Shown: positions 26,853-34,501 of the stretch, piece by piece
How the letters are laid out: the number at the start of each line of letters is the position of its first letter
How positions within the stretch are numbered: the first letter of the stretch is position 1
IMG/VR virus record: IMGVR_UViG_3300045988_129927
Length of the DNA: 64,000 bases
DNA from: a virus
Reading direction: 5' to 3' (one strand)
Notes under the pieces: model-generated
Database searches by the model: none
Told to the model about the DNA's origin: nothing
Seen by the model: only the letters and a program-made list of their open reading frames with translations
Translations under genes and position numbers: made by a program

Positions 26853-27470
26853 TTAACCTCTAACCTTTTCTGAAATCTTACCCATCTCTGCTAAATGAGG
26901 TGCCATCTCTTGTTGGTTTCTCATCTCTTCGATAAGCTCAGTTTTCTCTTTCTCACGAGTGAACAAATCGTAACCTGTATACACACCACTAACACTAAAG
27001 GATTGATTAATCGCATTAATGGTTTCAGTAATGTCTCTATCATTATTACGGTCACGTACTTTATAAATCACTGTAGCCATTTCAGATAAATCCCTTAAAT
27101 CCTTATAAGGAACTTTACCTAGTAAATGGTTAATCCCTCTACACTCTTCTACATATTCTCGCCACTCAATTAAGTGTTCATGAATAATCGTATACATTAA
27201 GTGTTCTTGACTAGAATCGACTAAATAAAATGGAATCTGTTTTCTAAATAATTCCAATAGCTTAGGAATCTTTAGAGCTACAGTGACTTTCTCATGAGCA
27301 TTACACCTATCATCATGTTCATCACCAGATGTAATCATCCCATAACGCTGAATTTCACCAATATCAATCAAATCAATATAAGCCACTCGTACTACGAATG
27401 GTGTATTGAATAATCGATAAACAGAAGAATTCATTTCATCACGAGTAAGATATCTTCTTTTTTCTTCCAC
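26853..27470 (-). CDS. hypothetical protein (205 aa, GTG start)
   Basis: The GTG directly abuts the upstream TAA (GGAGAATGTAAGTG). Translational coupling is likely. Confidence 0.65.
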   Translation of the reverse strand: MEEKRRYLTRDEMNSSVYRLFNTPFVVRVAYIDLIDIGEIQRYGMITSGDEHDDRCNAHEKVTVALKIPKLLELFRKQIPFYLVDSSQEHLMYTIIHEHLIEWREYVEECRGINHLLGKVPYKDLRDLSEMATVIYKVRDRNNDRDITETINAINQSFSVSGVYTGYDLFTREKEKTELIEEMRNQQEMAPHLAEMGKISEKVRG

Positions 27471-28826
27471 TTACATTCTCCTTACACCATAGTGGATTAA
27501 AATCATCAGAGTAGGAATAAAATAGTATTGTTCCATTTCACCCCAGTTTTCTACATCTTTTACCAATGCTTCTAAAGTCTCAATATCTAATGTATCGTCA
27601 TTAAGATATTTTCTTAGTTGTAATTCTAAGTGAGATTGTCCTTCTAGTGAATCTTTATAAAAGTCACGAGAGAATACATAAGAATCGTTCATCAGTACCT
27701 GATTGATTAAAGGAATACCTTGGTACGTATGCATTCTGGTTTTAGAAACATCATTTGTAATGGTAATTGCTTTACCAATAATGTCTTTATGGTTTAGATA
27801 GAGTTCATTGGTATAACTTACTTCTACAGGCATAACGACACAACTAAAGCCTGAAAAACGAATCATAGCAAATTGGGGAATATTACTAAAAGAACTACTC
27901 GGTACAGCTACAGCTTTAGTGAATATTTCTTTTAATAAGTATTTATCACGAGTATGGATAACATCCCAAATACTAGGATTCTTTAAAATAGAGAACTGAG
28001 AGTCATCGAAGATTTTAAAATACATCATCTCAGGTGTATTACACACACTAAACCATTTACGAATGGCTTTCATGTAAAAACCATCGTAAGTAACGTGTGA
28101 TTGATTCGGTAATACACAAGTTTCTAACATACGAGAATAGAACTTACGAAACCACAATACTCTTAGTCTATCGTACTCTTCTAAAAGCTCTTCAAACAAA
28201 GCAGCTTTCTTAGGAGAAATTAAAGGATTCTGACCTGCTTTTAAATAGTCTTTAGAATACTTAAATACTTCGACTGTTTTCTTATTTAAGTCAAGCATTC
28301 TCGGGTCATTTAATTGGTCAGTAATTTCAAATGACAAAGAGAATTGGATTTCGTATAAAGTATTGGTACGATGGGTCATACGGCGAGTACTATTAATACC
28401 AAACCAACCTAATGTACCTCTACCAAAGTCCATTAACATAATATCCCCTACATTGGGAATAATAGGTTGTTCAATCAGTGCTTCACCTGTAATCTCAGTA
28501 GTTCTAATGTCACTACCATTATTGGAAGTAGACAAACCAGATTGCATGACGATTTCTAATCCATCAATTCTTTCGTATTGCTGATGAGCAGCAGAAGTAT
28601 CTTGAGAGTATTGTGATACTGAATCGTCTCGACCTAATCTTTGTCTAAAGTAAATCACCTTTTGGTGAGAACCCTCTACATAACGGATTAAGGTATCTAG
28701 TCGGTTATTTCTATTATCGACTACTGCTGTTTTGAAATCAGTAGGAACAATCTTTGGTTTTTCAATAAACTCATGTACGGGTTTTGCCTGTTCTGGTTTA
28801 TATTTATCAGTAATTAAAGTAGGCAT
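27471..28826 (-). CDS. hypothetical protein (451 aa)
   Basis: ATG directly abuts the upstream TAA (AAGGAGAGGTAAATG). Confidence 0.75.
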   Translation of the reverse strand: MPTLITDKYKPEQAKPVHEFIEKPKIVPTDFKTAVVDNRNNRLDTLIRYVEGSHQKVIYFRQRLGRDDSVSQYSQDTSAAHQQYERIDGLEIVMQSGLSTSNNGSDIRTTEITGEALIEQPIIPNVGDIMLMDFGRGTLGWFGINSTRRMTHRTNTLYEIQFSLSFEITDQLNDPRMLDLNKKTVEVFKYSKDYLKAGQNPLISPKKAALFEELLEEYDRLRVLWFRKFYSRMLETCVLPNQSHVTYDGFYMKAIRKWFSVCNTPEMMYFKIFDDSQFSILKNPSIWDVIHTRDKYLLKEIFTKAVAVPSSSFSNIPQFAMIRFSGFSCVVMPVEVSYTNELYLNHKDIIGKAITITNDVSKTRMHTYQGIPLINQVLMNDSYVFSRDFYKDSLEGQSHLELQLRKYLNDDTLDIETLEALVKDVENWGEMEQYYFIPTLMILIHYGVRRM

Positions 28827-30491
28827 TTACCTCTCCTTAGGATGGCTAATATTGGTTGTATTGAATGTTTGTACAGTTTTGTGTGTATTAAGAATAGAAG
28901 GATGGTCTTTACCCCAGTCTCTATTATTCTTAATCATGTCAGGCATTCTATTACCAGAAATATACTCGATGATTCTAAAGTAAAGTTCAGAATATTTATC
29001 ATTAACACATTCTACTTCTCTAAAGAATCTATCATCAGGATGGCGACGAATACCCAGTTGACATTCATTGTAAGCATATCTATCTTTAAAGGTAAAGAAG
29101 TGACATTTACCTTTTTCACGGCACCATTTCTTCAATCTTTCAATAGCATCTGTATCTAAGTATTTCCAATCATGGTAAATTCCTAAACGAATATTATAAA
29201 TCTTAGCAATATCAATCTCACCATTTAGATATACTTTACCTGTTTCATCAATCTTAATAAAGTCTCTTCTTAACATGGCGTTATTTTCGTAAACACATAA
29301 CTGGAATACAGACTTTCCTTTGTGTAACATGTAGTCTTTTTCAGAAACAATGAAAGCTTTTAAATCTTCGTCAATATCGTAACCTTGTGGGTTATTTAAA
29401 TCTAGGATTAAATCACCTTCTTTATCTTCAGGTAAGAATAATACCAATTGGTCTACAAATCTCTCTAACCCAACAATAGAATGCGATTGTAGAGGTTGGA
29501 ATTCATTCCACCTAGGTACAGTAATACCATTGTAATCATCCCATTCAGCATTATCTCGAATAGCTGAATATTGGTCTAAGAAATAACCTGAATTGGTATA
29601 GTGAGTTTGATTTTCAGGAAACTTAACTTCATCTGGTTTAGTAGTCTCTACCTCACCATCGTCATCAATACCCATAATGGAATCCGGTAGCACTTGATTG
29701 TAAATAGTTCTAGGTACCCAGATAGAAACATCAGTAGGTTTTTGATAACGTAATAAGTAATCAAAAGAAACAATCCAAGAAGTCGCACCATCGGCTTTAT
29801 CACCTTCTTCAATTGCACCATCAAAGTTAAAATAACCGAATACTTGTTGTTGGATTTCAGAAACAACAAAGATAGTATTCACACCTGCTGAATCAGAAGC
29901 AGTACCAAATCTTCTAATAAAATATTCTTGAAACCAATCTGATACATTACTCACTGTTTTATCTTGATTACGGATTAGACGATAGACTTCTGTCAATATG
30001 TAAATGAATTGTTCAGGTATCTCGTATGAGTATTCTAAGTTATGTGGAAATGCGTCTCTGTATCTTCTAATCTTCGATTTAATGCTGTTTAACCACATCC
30101 TAGCAGCTGCTTTAGAAGGTGCCCTGTATGAGATATTCAAACGCATTTCTACATCTGAATAATAAGGTGTGATGGATGTTTGTGTTTTATCGTGTAAAAA
30201 ACAAGGATGGAATTCTTGGTCGTAATGTTGGTATTGTAAGAAAGTATTATTACGATACTCCTCAGTAACCGATAAGGTAATTAAAGGATTAGATGTCGTA
30301 TTGATTCCTTCTCTACCTAATTCGTGTGTAGCAGTACCATTTTCTTTACGCACACCTTCTTCGTCAATATAAACAATATTAATATTATCAGGAAAGATAT
30401 CTAAGTATTCTTTTAAGTCTCGTACCACCTTTAGTACAATGGGTCGAGTAATACTGGCTTTTTCATTCCTGATGGGTAATTGTAATAACAT
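28827..30491 (-). CDS. hypothetical protein, first gene of the 4-gene block (554 aa)
   Basis: Long ORF with AGTAAAGGACATACT RBS, preceded by a 420-bp ORF-free region. Confidence 0.75.
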   Translation of the reverse strand: MLLQLPIRNEKASITRPIVLKVVRDLKEYLDIFPDNINIVYIDEEGVRKENGTATHELGREGINTTSNPLITLSVTEEYRNNTFLQYQHYDQEFHPCFLHDKTQTSITPYYSDVEMRLNISYRAPSKAAARMWLNSIKSKIRRYRDAFPHNLEYSYEIPEQFIYILTEVYRLIRNQDKTVSNVSDWFQEYFIRRFGTASDSAGVNTIFVVSEIQQQVFGYFNFDGAIEEGDKADGATSWIVSFDYLLRYQKPTDVSIWVPRTIYNQVLPDSIMGIDDDGEVETTKPDEVKFPENQTHYTNSGYFLDQYSAIRDNAEWDDYNGITVPRWNEFQPLQSHSIVGLERFVDQLVLFLPEDKEGDLILDLNNPQGYDIDEDLKAFIVSEKDYMLHKGKSVFQLCVYENNAMLRRDFIKIDETGKVYLNGEIDIAKIYNIRLGIYHDWKYLDTDAIERLKKWCREKGKCHFFTFKDRYAYNECQLGIRRHPDDRFFREVECVNDKYSELYFRIIEYISGNRMPDMIKNNRDWGKDHPSILNTHKTVQTFNTTNISHPKER

Positions 30492-30626
30492 AGTATGTCC
30501 TTTACTATATAATTAGTAGTCATACGTTTAAAGGAAAATCAAATGGATAATCAGAGTAAGCATCTAACAGATATTGAAGAATATACACTATGTTTATAGA
30601 TAAACTAAAAAAATCATTCACGTGGT

Positions 30627-30664
30627 AAAAAAAAGATACCCACCCCGAACGAAGGGTGAGTATC
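30627..30664 (-). terminator. rho-independent terminator with no ORF upstream of it
   Basis: Minus strand reads gatactcaccc-ttcgttc-ggggtgggtatc followed by T8. Confidence 0.65.
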
Positions 30665-30869
30665 TAAAGCGGAGATTACTAGTAATTTTAACCAAGAGCA
30701 ATTAAGGCAGAAAGGGAAGAGGAAACACCTTATTACTCTAGATTAAAATAGTGCATTTTCGGGAGCACACCTGCACTAGGGTGTGTATTGCTTTATTTAA
30801 CGTCCTGCAATATTCAGACGTAGGAGAAATGATATGAAGAAAGAATAGAACATAATTCCACTCTTTCAC
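30627..30869 (-). ncRNA. candidate non-coding RNA or long structured leader (about 240 nt)
   Basis: Bounded by the promoter-like motif at 30870-30890 and the intrinsic terminator at 30627-30664. No ORF of 60 codons or more on either strand, and no RBS-linked small ORF. Contains the hairpin cacaccctagtgcaggtgtg, the palindrome attactagtaat and a pyrimidine tract. Confidence 0.3.
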
Positions 30870-30890
30870 TTAAATAGTATAGATTTGAAA
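30870..30890 (-). promoter_or_regulatory. promoter-like motif, same class
   Basis: Minus strand reads tttcaaatctatactatttaa. It is followed by about 235 nt without an ORF, then terminator 30627-30664. Confidence 0.5.
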
Positions 30891-30912
30891 TATTTTAGAA
30901 TATAGAAATAAT

Positions 30913-31128
30913 TCAAACGCTTTTACCTTTTAAGATTTGTAAGAAGAATGGGCCTTTAGCATTATAAGAATTACGGATAAGTTTAGGACAAGAATAATAT
31001 ATCTTATCAACATTATCTTGTTTTAGTTTATCTAAACTATTTCTTGTAAAGCGATTAGGGTGTTTATATTGAAATAGGTATTTCTTAATAACTATAACAA
31101 CAGGACTGTAGATGAAAGTATACTTCAT
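30913..31128 (-). CDS. small basic protein, tandem paralog c (71 aa)
   Basis: KKYLFQYKHPNRF resembles NKYF.xYKSKxRF in the two upstream ORFs. AAGGAGGTCAATAA RBS. Confidence 0.5.
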   Translation of the reverse strand: MKYTFIYSPVVIVIKKYLFQYKHPNRFTRNSLDKLKQDNVDKIYYSCPKLIRNSYNAKGPFFLQILKGKSV

Positions 31129-31500
31129 TTATTGACCTCCTTTATATAAAATAGGTAATTGCTTAATGGCTGATTGGTTGTTATTACGTACTGCACCAAT
31201 AACAATAGCATGATTTGGTTTAAACCCAGTAAAGAGTTTCTCACCTGTTGATGTTTTACTACCTTCGATATAACCCATATGGGTAAGGTTAAGACGAGAA
31301 CGGTCTACCCAATCATTGAAGAATTCTCTTTCGTAAGTATCTTCAAATGAGATATTTCTATCGAAATACCATTCTTTATATACCATTCGTTTAACTGCTG
31401 AGTATTCGAATCTTCTAAACCTTGTTTTAGATTTGTACTTACAAAAATATTTATTAAAATATTTTTCAACTTTACGTGCTAAACCACGACGGTATTTCAT
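31129..31500 (-). CDS. small basic protein, tandem paralog b (123 aa)
   Basis: Carries FNKYFCKYKSKTRFRRFE. Its start overlaps the upstream stop (ATGA). Confidence 0.6.
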   Translation of the reverse strand: MKYRRGLARKVEKYFNKYFCKYKSKTRFRRFEYSAVKRMVYKEWYFDRNISFEDTYEREFFNDWVDRSRLNLTHMGYIEGSKTSTGEKLFTGFKPNHAIVIGAVRNNNQSAIKQLPILYKGGQ

Positions 31501-31769
31501 TTTGATTTCCTTTTTACTGTCTTTTTAGATTTTGGCTTTACTATCTTAACAGGTAATTTCTTACACGCTAAAGTATACCAGTAACCTTTCTCTTTAATGA
31601 TACTGGTAAATGACGTTTTGATTACATTCATGCCAAACGTATTATTGAAAATCATTTGCCAAAAACCTAATCTTTCAAATGTATTAAATCTTGCTTTAGA
31701 TTTATAAGTAATAAAATACTTATTAATCGTATTACGTAAGATAGGTGATATTTCACTATACTTATCCAT
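31497..31769 (-). CDS. small basic protein, tandem paralog a (90 aa)
   Basis: Carries INKYFITYKSKARFNTFE and a Lys-rich C-terminus. Confidence 0.6.
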   Translation of the reverse strand: MDKYSEISPILRNTINKYFITYKSKARFNTFERLGFWQMIFNNTFGMNVIKTSFTSIIKEKGYWYTLACKKLPVKIVKPKSKKTVKRKSK

Positions 31770-31829
31770 ATAGTATCCTTTAAAAATAAAGAGTAGGGAT
31801 AACCCCTACTCTTTATTAATGTTTATGTT

Positions 31830-32237
31830 TTAATCTACATACTTCTCTAACCAAGGATAAGACATATGTGGTTCGTTATGTAAATAACGATATGCTGCAA
31901 TGATGATGTCACCATCAAGGTCGATATACTCTTCGTATTCTTCACCATTCTCATCTTCAGCAATAATCCATACATTATCCATATCGAAGTATAATGTTTC
32001 TTCACAGCGAGGGTCTTTGTAAAGACCATACGCACCTTCAATTTGACCATCAGATGAGCGCCAGTGCTGAATACGGCGAATAACGTTTAAAGCGTCTTTC
32101 TCATCTTCTAACAAAGATTCTTTAACTACTTCATCTGGTACAGTAAATGTACCGAAGATAGTAGAAACAACAATATCGGTGATGTTGTCTAATTGTACAT
32201 CATTGTGGTTATGGTTACATTGACATTGATTACACAT
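31830..32237 (-). CDS. acidic hypothetical protein (135 aa)
   Basis: ORF with N-terminal MCNQCQCNHNHN (Cys/His-rich) and an acidic remainder. Confidence 0.6.
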   Translation of the reverse strand: MCNQCQCNHNHNDVQLDNITDIVVSTIFGTFTVPDEVVKESLLEDEKDALNVIRRIQHWRSSDGQIEGAYGLYKDPRCEETLYFDMDNVWIIAEDENGEEYEEYIDLDGDIIIAAYRYLHNEPHMSYPWLEKYVD

Positions 32238-32249
32238 TTTAACATTCCT

Positions 32250-32804
32250 TTATTCAAAAGCTTTCAAGAGTCCATTGATATTACAAGCAAAGATATCTTT
32301 TATATTACTAAAGATACCTTCTGGAATATCTTCACCAATATTTGCTAATGGTTGTTTTGATGACTCGTTATCTTTGTAGTGGCTATACAGAGACGATTTA
32401 ACATCATCCATAATCGTATTGTTAGTCACTTCGATATTATCTTCAAAGAAAGATAAGCGTCTTGCTTTATAGATGTTGATGGATTTTAACTGAACATTCT
32501 CTTTGGTCAAGAGTTTAGATATTGTATTTAAATACTGATATCTTTTCAGATTACCTACATCGATTGCAGGTAATGTAATATCGACATTGTATTCACACAA
32601 CAGTTCAGATAAATATAATGAGTTTCTGTCTACCATGTGTCTAACACCAGGGTCTACATGGTGGTCTCTGTTAATGAAGATATAGAAATCTTCTTTTTCC
32701 ATAGTGACAGTGAAACATCTTCGATATAAGTCTAGAGTTTCTTTATCGAATCTATCCTTATGTATTACCATGGCTTCAACACCAATACTTAATAACTTAA
32801 TCAC
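32250..32804 (-). CDS. hypothetical protein (184 aa, GTG start)
   Basis: The GTG overlaps the stop of the upstream micro-ORF (GTGA). Confidence 0.6.
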   Translation of the reverse strand: MIKLLSIGVEAMVIHKDRFDKETLDLYRRCFTVTMEKEDFYIFINRDHHVDPGVRHMVDRNSLYLSELLCEYNVDITLPAIDVGNLKRYQYLNTISKLLTKENVQLKSINIYKARRLSFFEDNIEVTNNTIMDDVKSSLYSHYKDNESSKQPLANIGEDIPEGIFSNIKDIFACNINGLLKAFE

Positions 32805-32908
32805 AATACTACTCCTTTACCATAATAGCCACAAGCTAAACCTAATAGAAATACAACAATTAAAATAATTGCTGATAGAATAGTATCAATACTGAATAAT
32901 TGTTTCAT
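32801..32908 (-). CDS. single-pass membrane micro-protein (35 aa)
   Basis: Hand translation gives MKQLFSIDTILSAIILIVVFLLGLACGYYGKGVVL. It has the canonical TATATAAAGGAAACAAAAA leader and the promoter motif at 32951-32971. Below the track size cutoff. Confidence 0.55.
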   Translation of the reverse strand: MKQLFSIDTILSAIILIVVFLLGLACGYYGKGVVL

Positions 32909-32950
32909 TTTTTGTTTCCTTTATATAAAAGACTAAGAGACAATTCTCAA

Positions 32951-32971
32951 TTTAATAGTATATGGTTAAAA
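32951..32971 (-). promoter_or_regulatory. promoter-like motif, same class
   Basis: Minus strand reads ttttaaccatatactattaaa. Confidence 0.5.
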
Positions 32972-33032
32972 AAATATACACTACAATATACGCTACTAGT
33001 AGGAGTATAATCTCCTACTAGTAGTATCTTAA

Positions 33033-33473
33033 TTAAGATTTTGTAATAGCTATATAATACCCATCATCACCTAATACCAAAGAAACAACATTTCCAATAG
33101 GCGAACCTCCCAACGTGTTACTTAGATTATATAGAGGTAAATCTTCCAGCATGTCATTTAGTTTGTATACAAAATCGAATACTTCGTCTTTGATTTCATC
33201 AATACTACTAAATGTTAAATCTGCTTCACCCATTGACTTATAACAAGCATAGAGACAAGTAATATACATAAACATTAAATTACTTTTCTCACTGTTTTTA
33301 TCTAATAAAATATAGGTTTGTTCACCGTCATCTACAGCAATTCTTTCCAGAAATATAATGAAGAGATGATTCAATAGATTACGTTCTTCTTCATTGAATC
33401 CAAAGACATTATTAATAATAGTCTTTTTCTTTTCAATTTTAGTAATCACATCTGTTTCAACATTAACTTTCAT
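33033..33473 (-). CDS. hypothetical protein (146 aa)
   Basis: ORF with TTAAGGAGTTTAAA RBS. No motif recognised. Confidence 0.65.
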   Translation of the reverse strand: MKVNVETDVITKIEKKKTIINNVFGFNEEERNLLNHLFIIFLERIAVDDGEQTYILLDKNSEKSNLMFMYITCLYACYKSMGEADLTFSSIDEIKDEVFDFVYKLNDMLEDLPLYNLSNTLGGSPIGNVVSLVLGDDGYYIAITKS

Positions 33474-33606
33474 TTTAAACTCCTTAAAAAAATAAATATC
33501 ACAAAAAAGTAAACAGTAAAAAATAAATGAAGAATTAAAGAGTAATAGGTAGGAAATCCTACCTATTACTCCATTCAGTGATTATTCGATGTCTATAAGC
33601 CATTGG

Positions 33607-33891
33607 TCATGCAATGCCTTTGTTAGTGCGTTTAGCATTATTCATCATATTGCTGGCGTTTTTAGATATCTTAACTCTAACTACCTCTTTAATTACTTCC
33701 GAAACGATAACTTTAAGTTCATTTGAATCAACCATCTTTAAACAAGTATTTATATCACCCATGTTTTCGGGAGTGATTTTTGCTTTGGATTCATTTGGGA
33801 GTTTATCCCAGATTTTGTTACGGATGGATACATGTGCTTCTTCCAGCATTTCGCCAGCAAAAGCTGTAATTTTTTCGTTAATGTTGGTCAT
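33607..33891 (-). CDS. hypothetical protein (94 aa)
   Basis: ORF with TATATAAAGGAAATCCAA leader. Confidence 0.6.
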   Translation of the reverse strand: MTNINEKITAFAGEMLEEAHVSIRNKIWDKLPNESKAKITPENMGDINTCLKMVDSNELKVIVSEVIKEVVRVKISKNASNMMNNAKRTNKGIA

Positions 33892-33954
33892 TTGGATTTC
33901 CTTTATATAAGAATAATTTAATACCAGATAGGTTTTCCTATCTGGTATTAATAA

Positions 33955-34266
33955 TTAAAGAAAGTTAAAGCCATCAGAAATGACTCGTGTCATTTCTGGA
34001 ACTTCAGTATTTTGTTTGGTTTCAAGATACTGTTTAAACCGGCGTGCTTCACCGGATTTCTTTACTTTGTATTTTAACTCTTTAATGCGCTCTTTGATTT
34101 TTTCTTTAGAGTTAATTTCAATAACTTTAACTTCTGTTTCTACCAATTCTACAGTAGTTTCTGGAATACTTTCTACTACTGTTTCACCAGTGGCTTCGAT
34201 ATTATTTTTGGTAGCCATACCATGCAATAAATTTGCATACTTGTTTAAATTTTCTTTACGATTCAT
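33955..34266 (-). CDS. hypothetical Lys/Glu-rich protein (103 aa)
   Basis: ORF with TAAATAAAGGAAACTAAAA leader. Confidence 0.6.
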   Translation of the reverse strand: MNRKENLNKYANLLHGMATKNNIEATGETVVESIPETTVELVETEVKVIEINSKEKIKERIKELKYKVKKSGEARRFKQYLETKQNTEVPEMTRVISDGFNFL

Positions 34267-34321
34267 TTTTAGTTTCCTTTATTTAAGATGAAAAATAATA
34301 AGGAGATAATTCCTTTACCAA

Positions 34322-34342
34322 TTTAATAATATATATCTGAAA
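34322..34342 (-). promoter_or_regulatory. promoter-like motif, same class
   Basis: Minus strand reads tttcagatatatattattaaa. It abuts structured element copy B. Confidence 0.5.
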
Positions 34343-34397
34343 TATTCTATATTTCAGACGACTTAGGTGTAGAACACCGTAAGTTATCTGAAATATT
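34335..34397. repeat. structured intergenic element, copy B
   Basis: atctgaaatatt-ct-atatttcag-aCGACTTAGgtgt-aga-acacCGTAAGTTAT-ctgaaatattt. Confidence 0.6.
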
Positions 34398-34438
34398 TTA
34401 TAATCTTTTTAAATATAAATTAAACTATAAATAATTAA

Positions 34439-34474
34439 ATACTACTCTACCACATTATCGTGGTAGAGTAGTAT
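34439..34474 (-). terminator. hairpin terminator
   Basis: 15-bp perfect stem (atactactctaccac / gtggtagagtagtat) and a 6-nt loop. Confidence 0.6.
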
Positions 34475-34501
34475 CCATTATTTAATACAAATCAATTAGT
34501 A

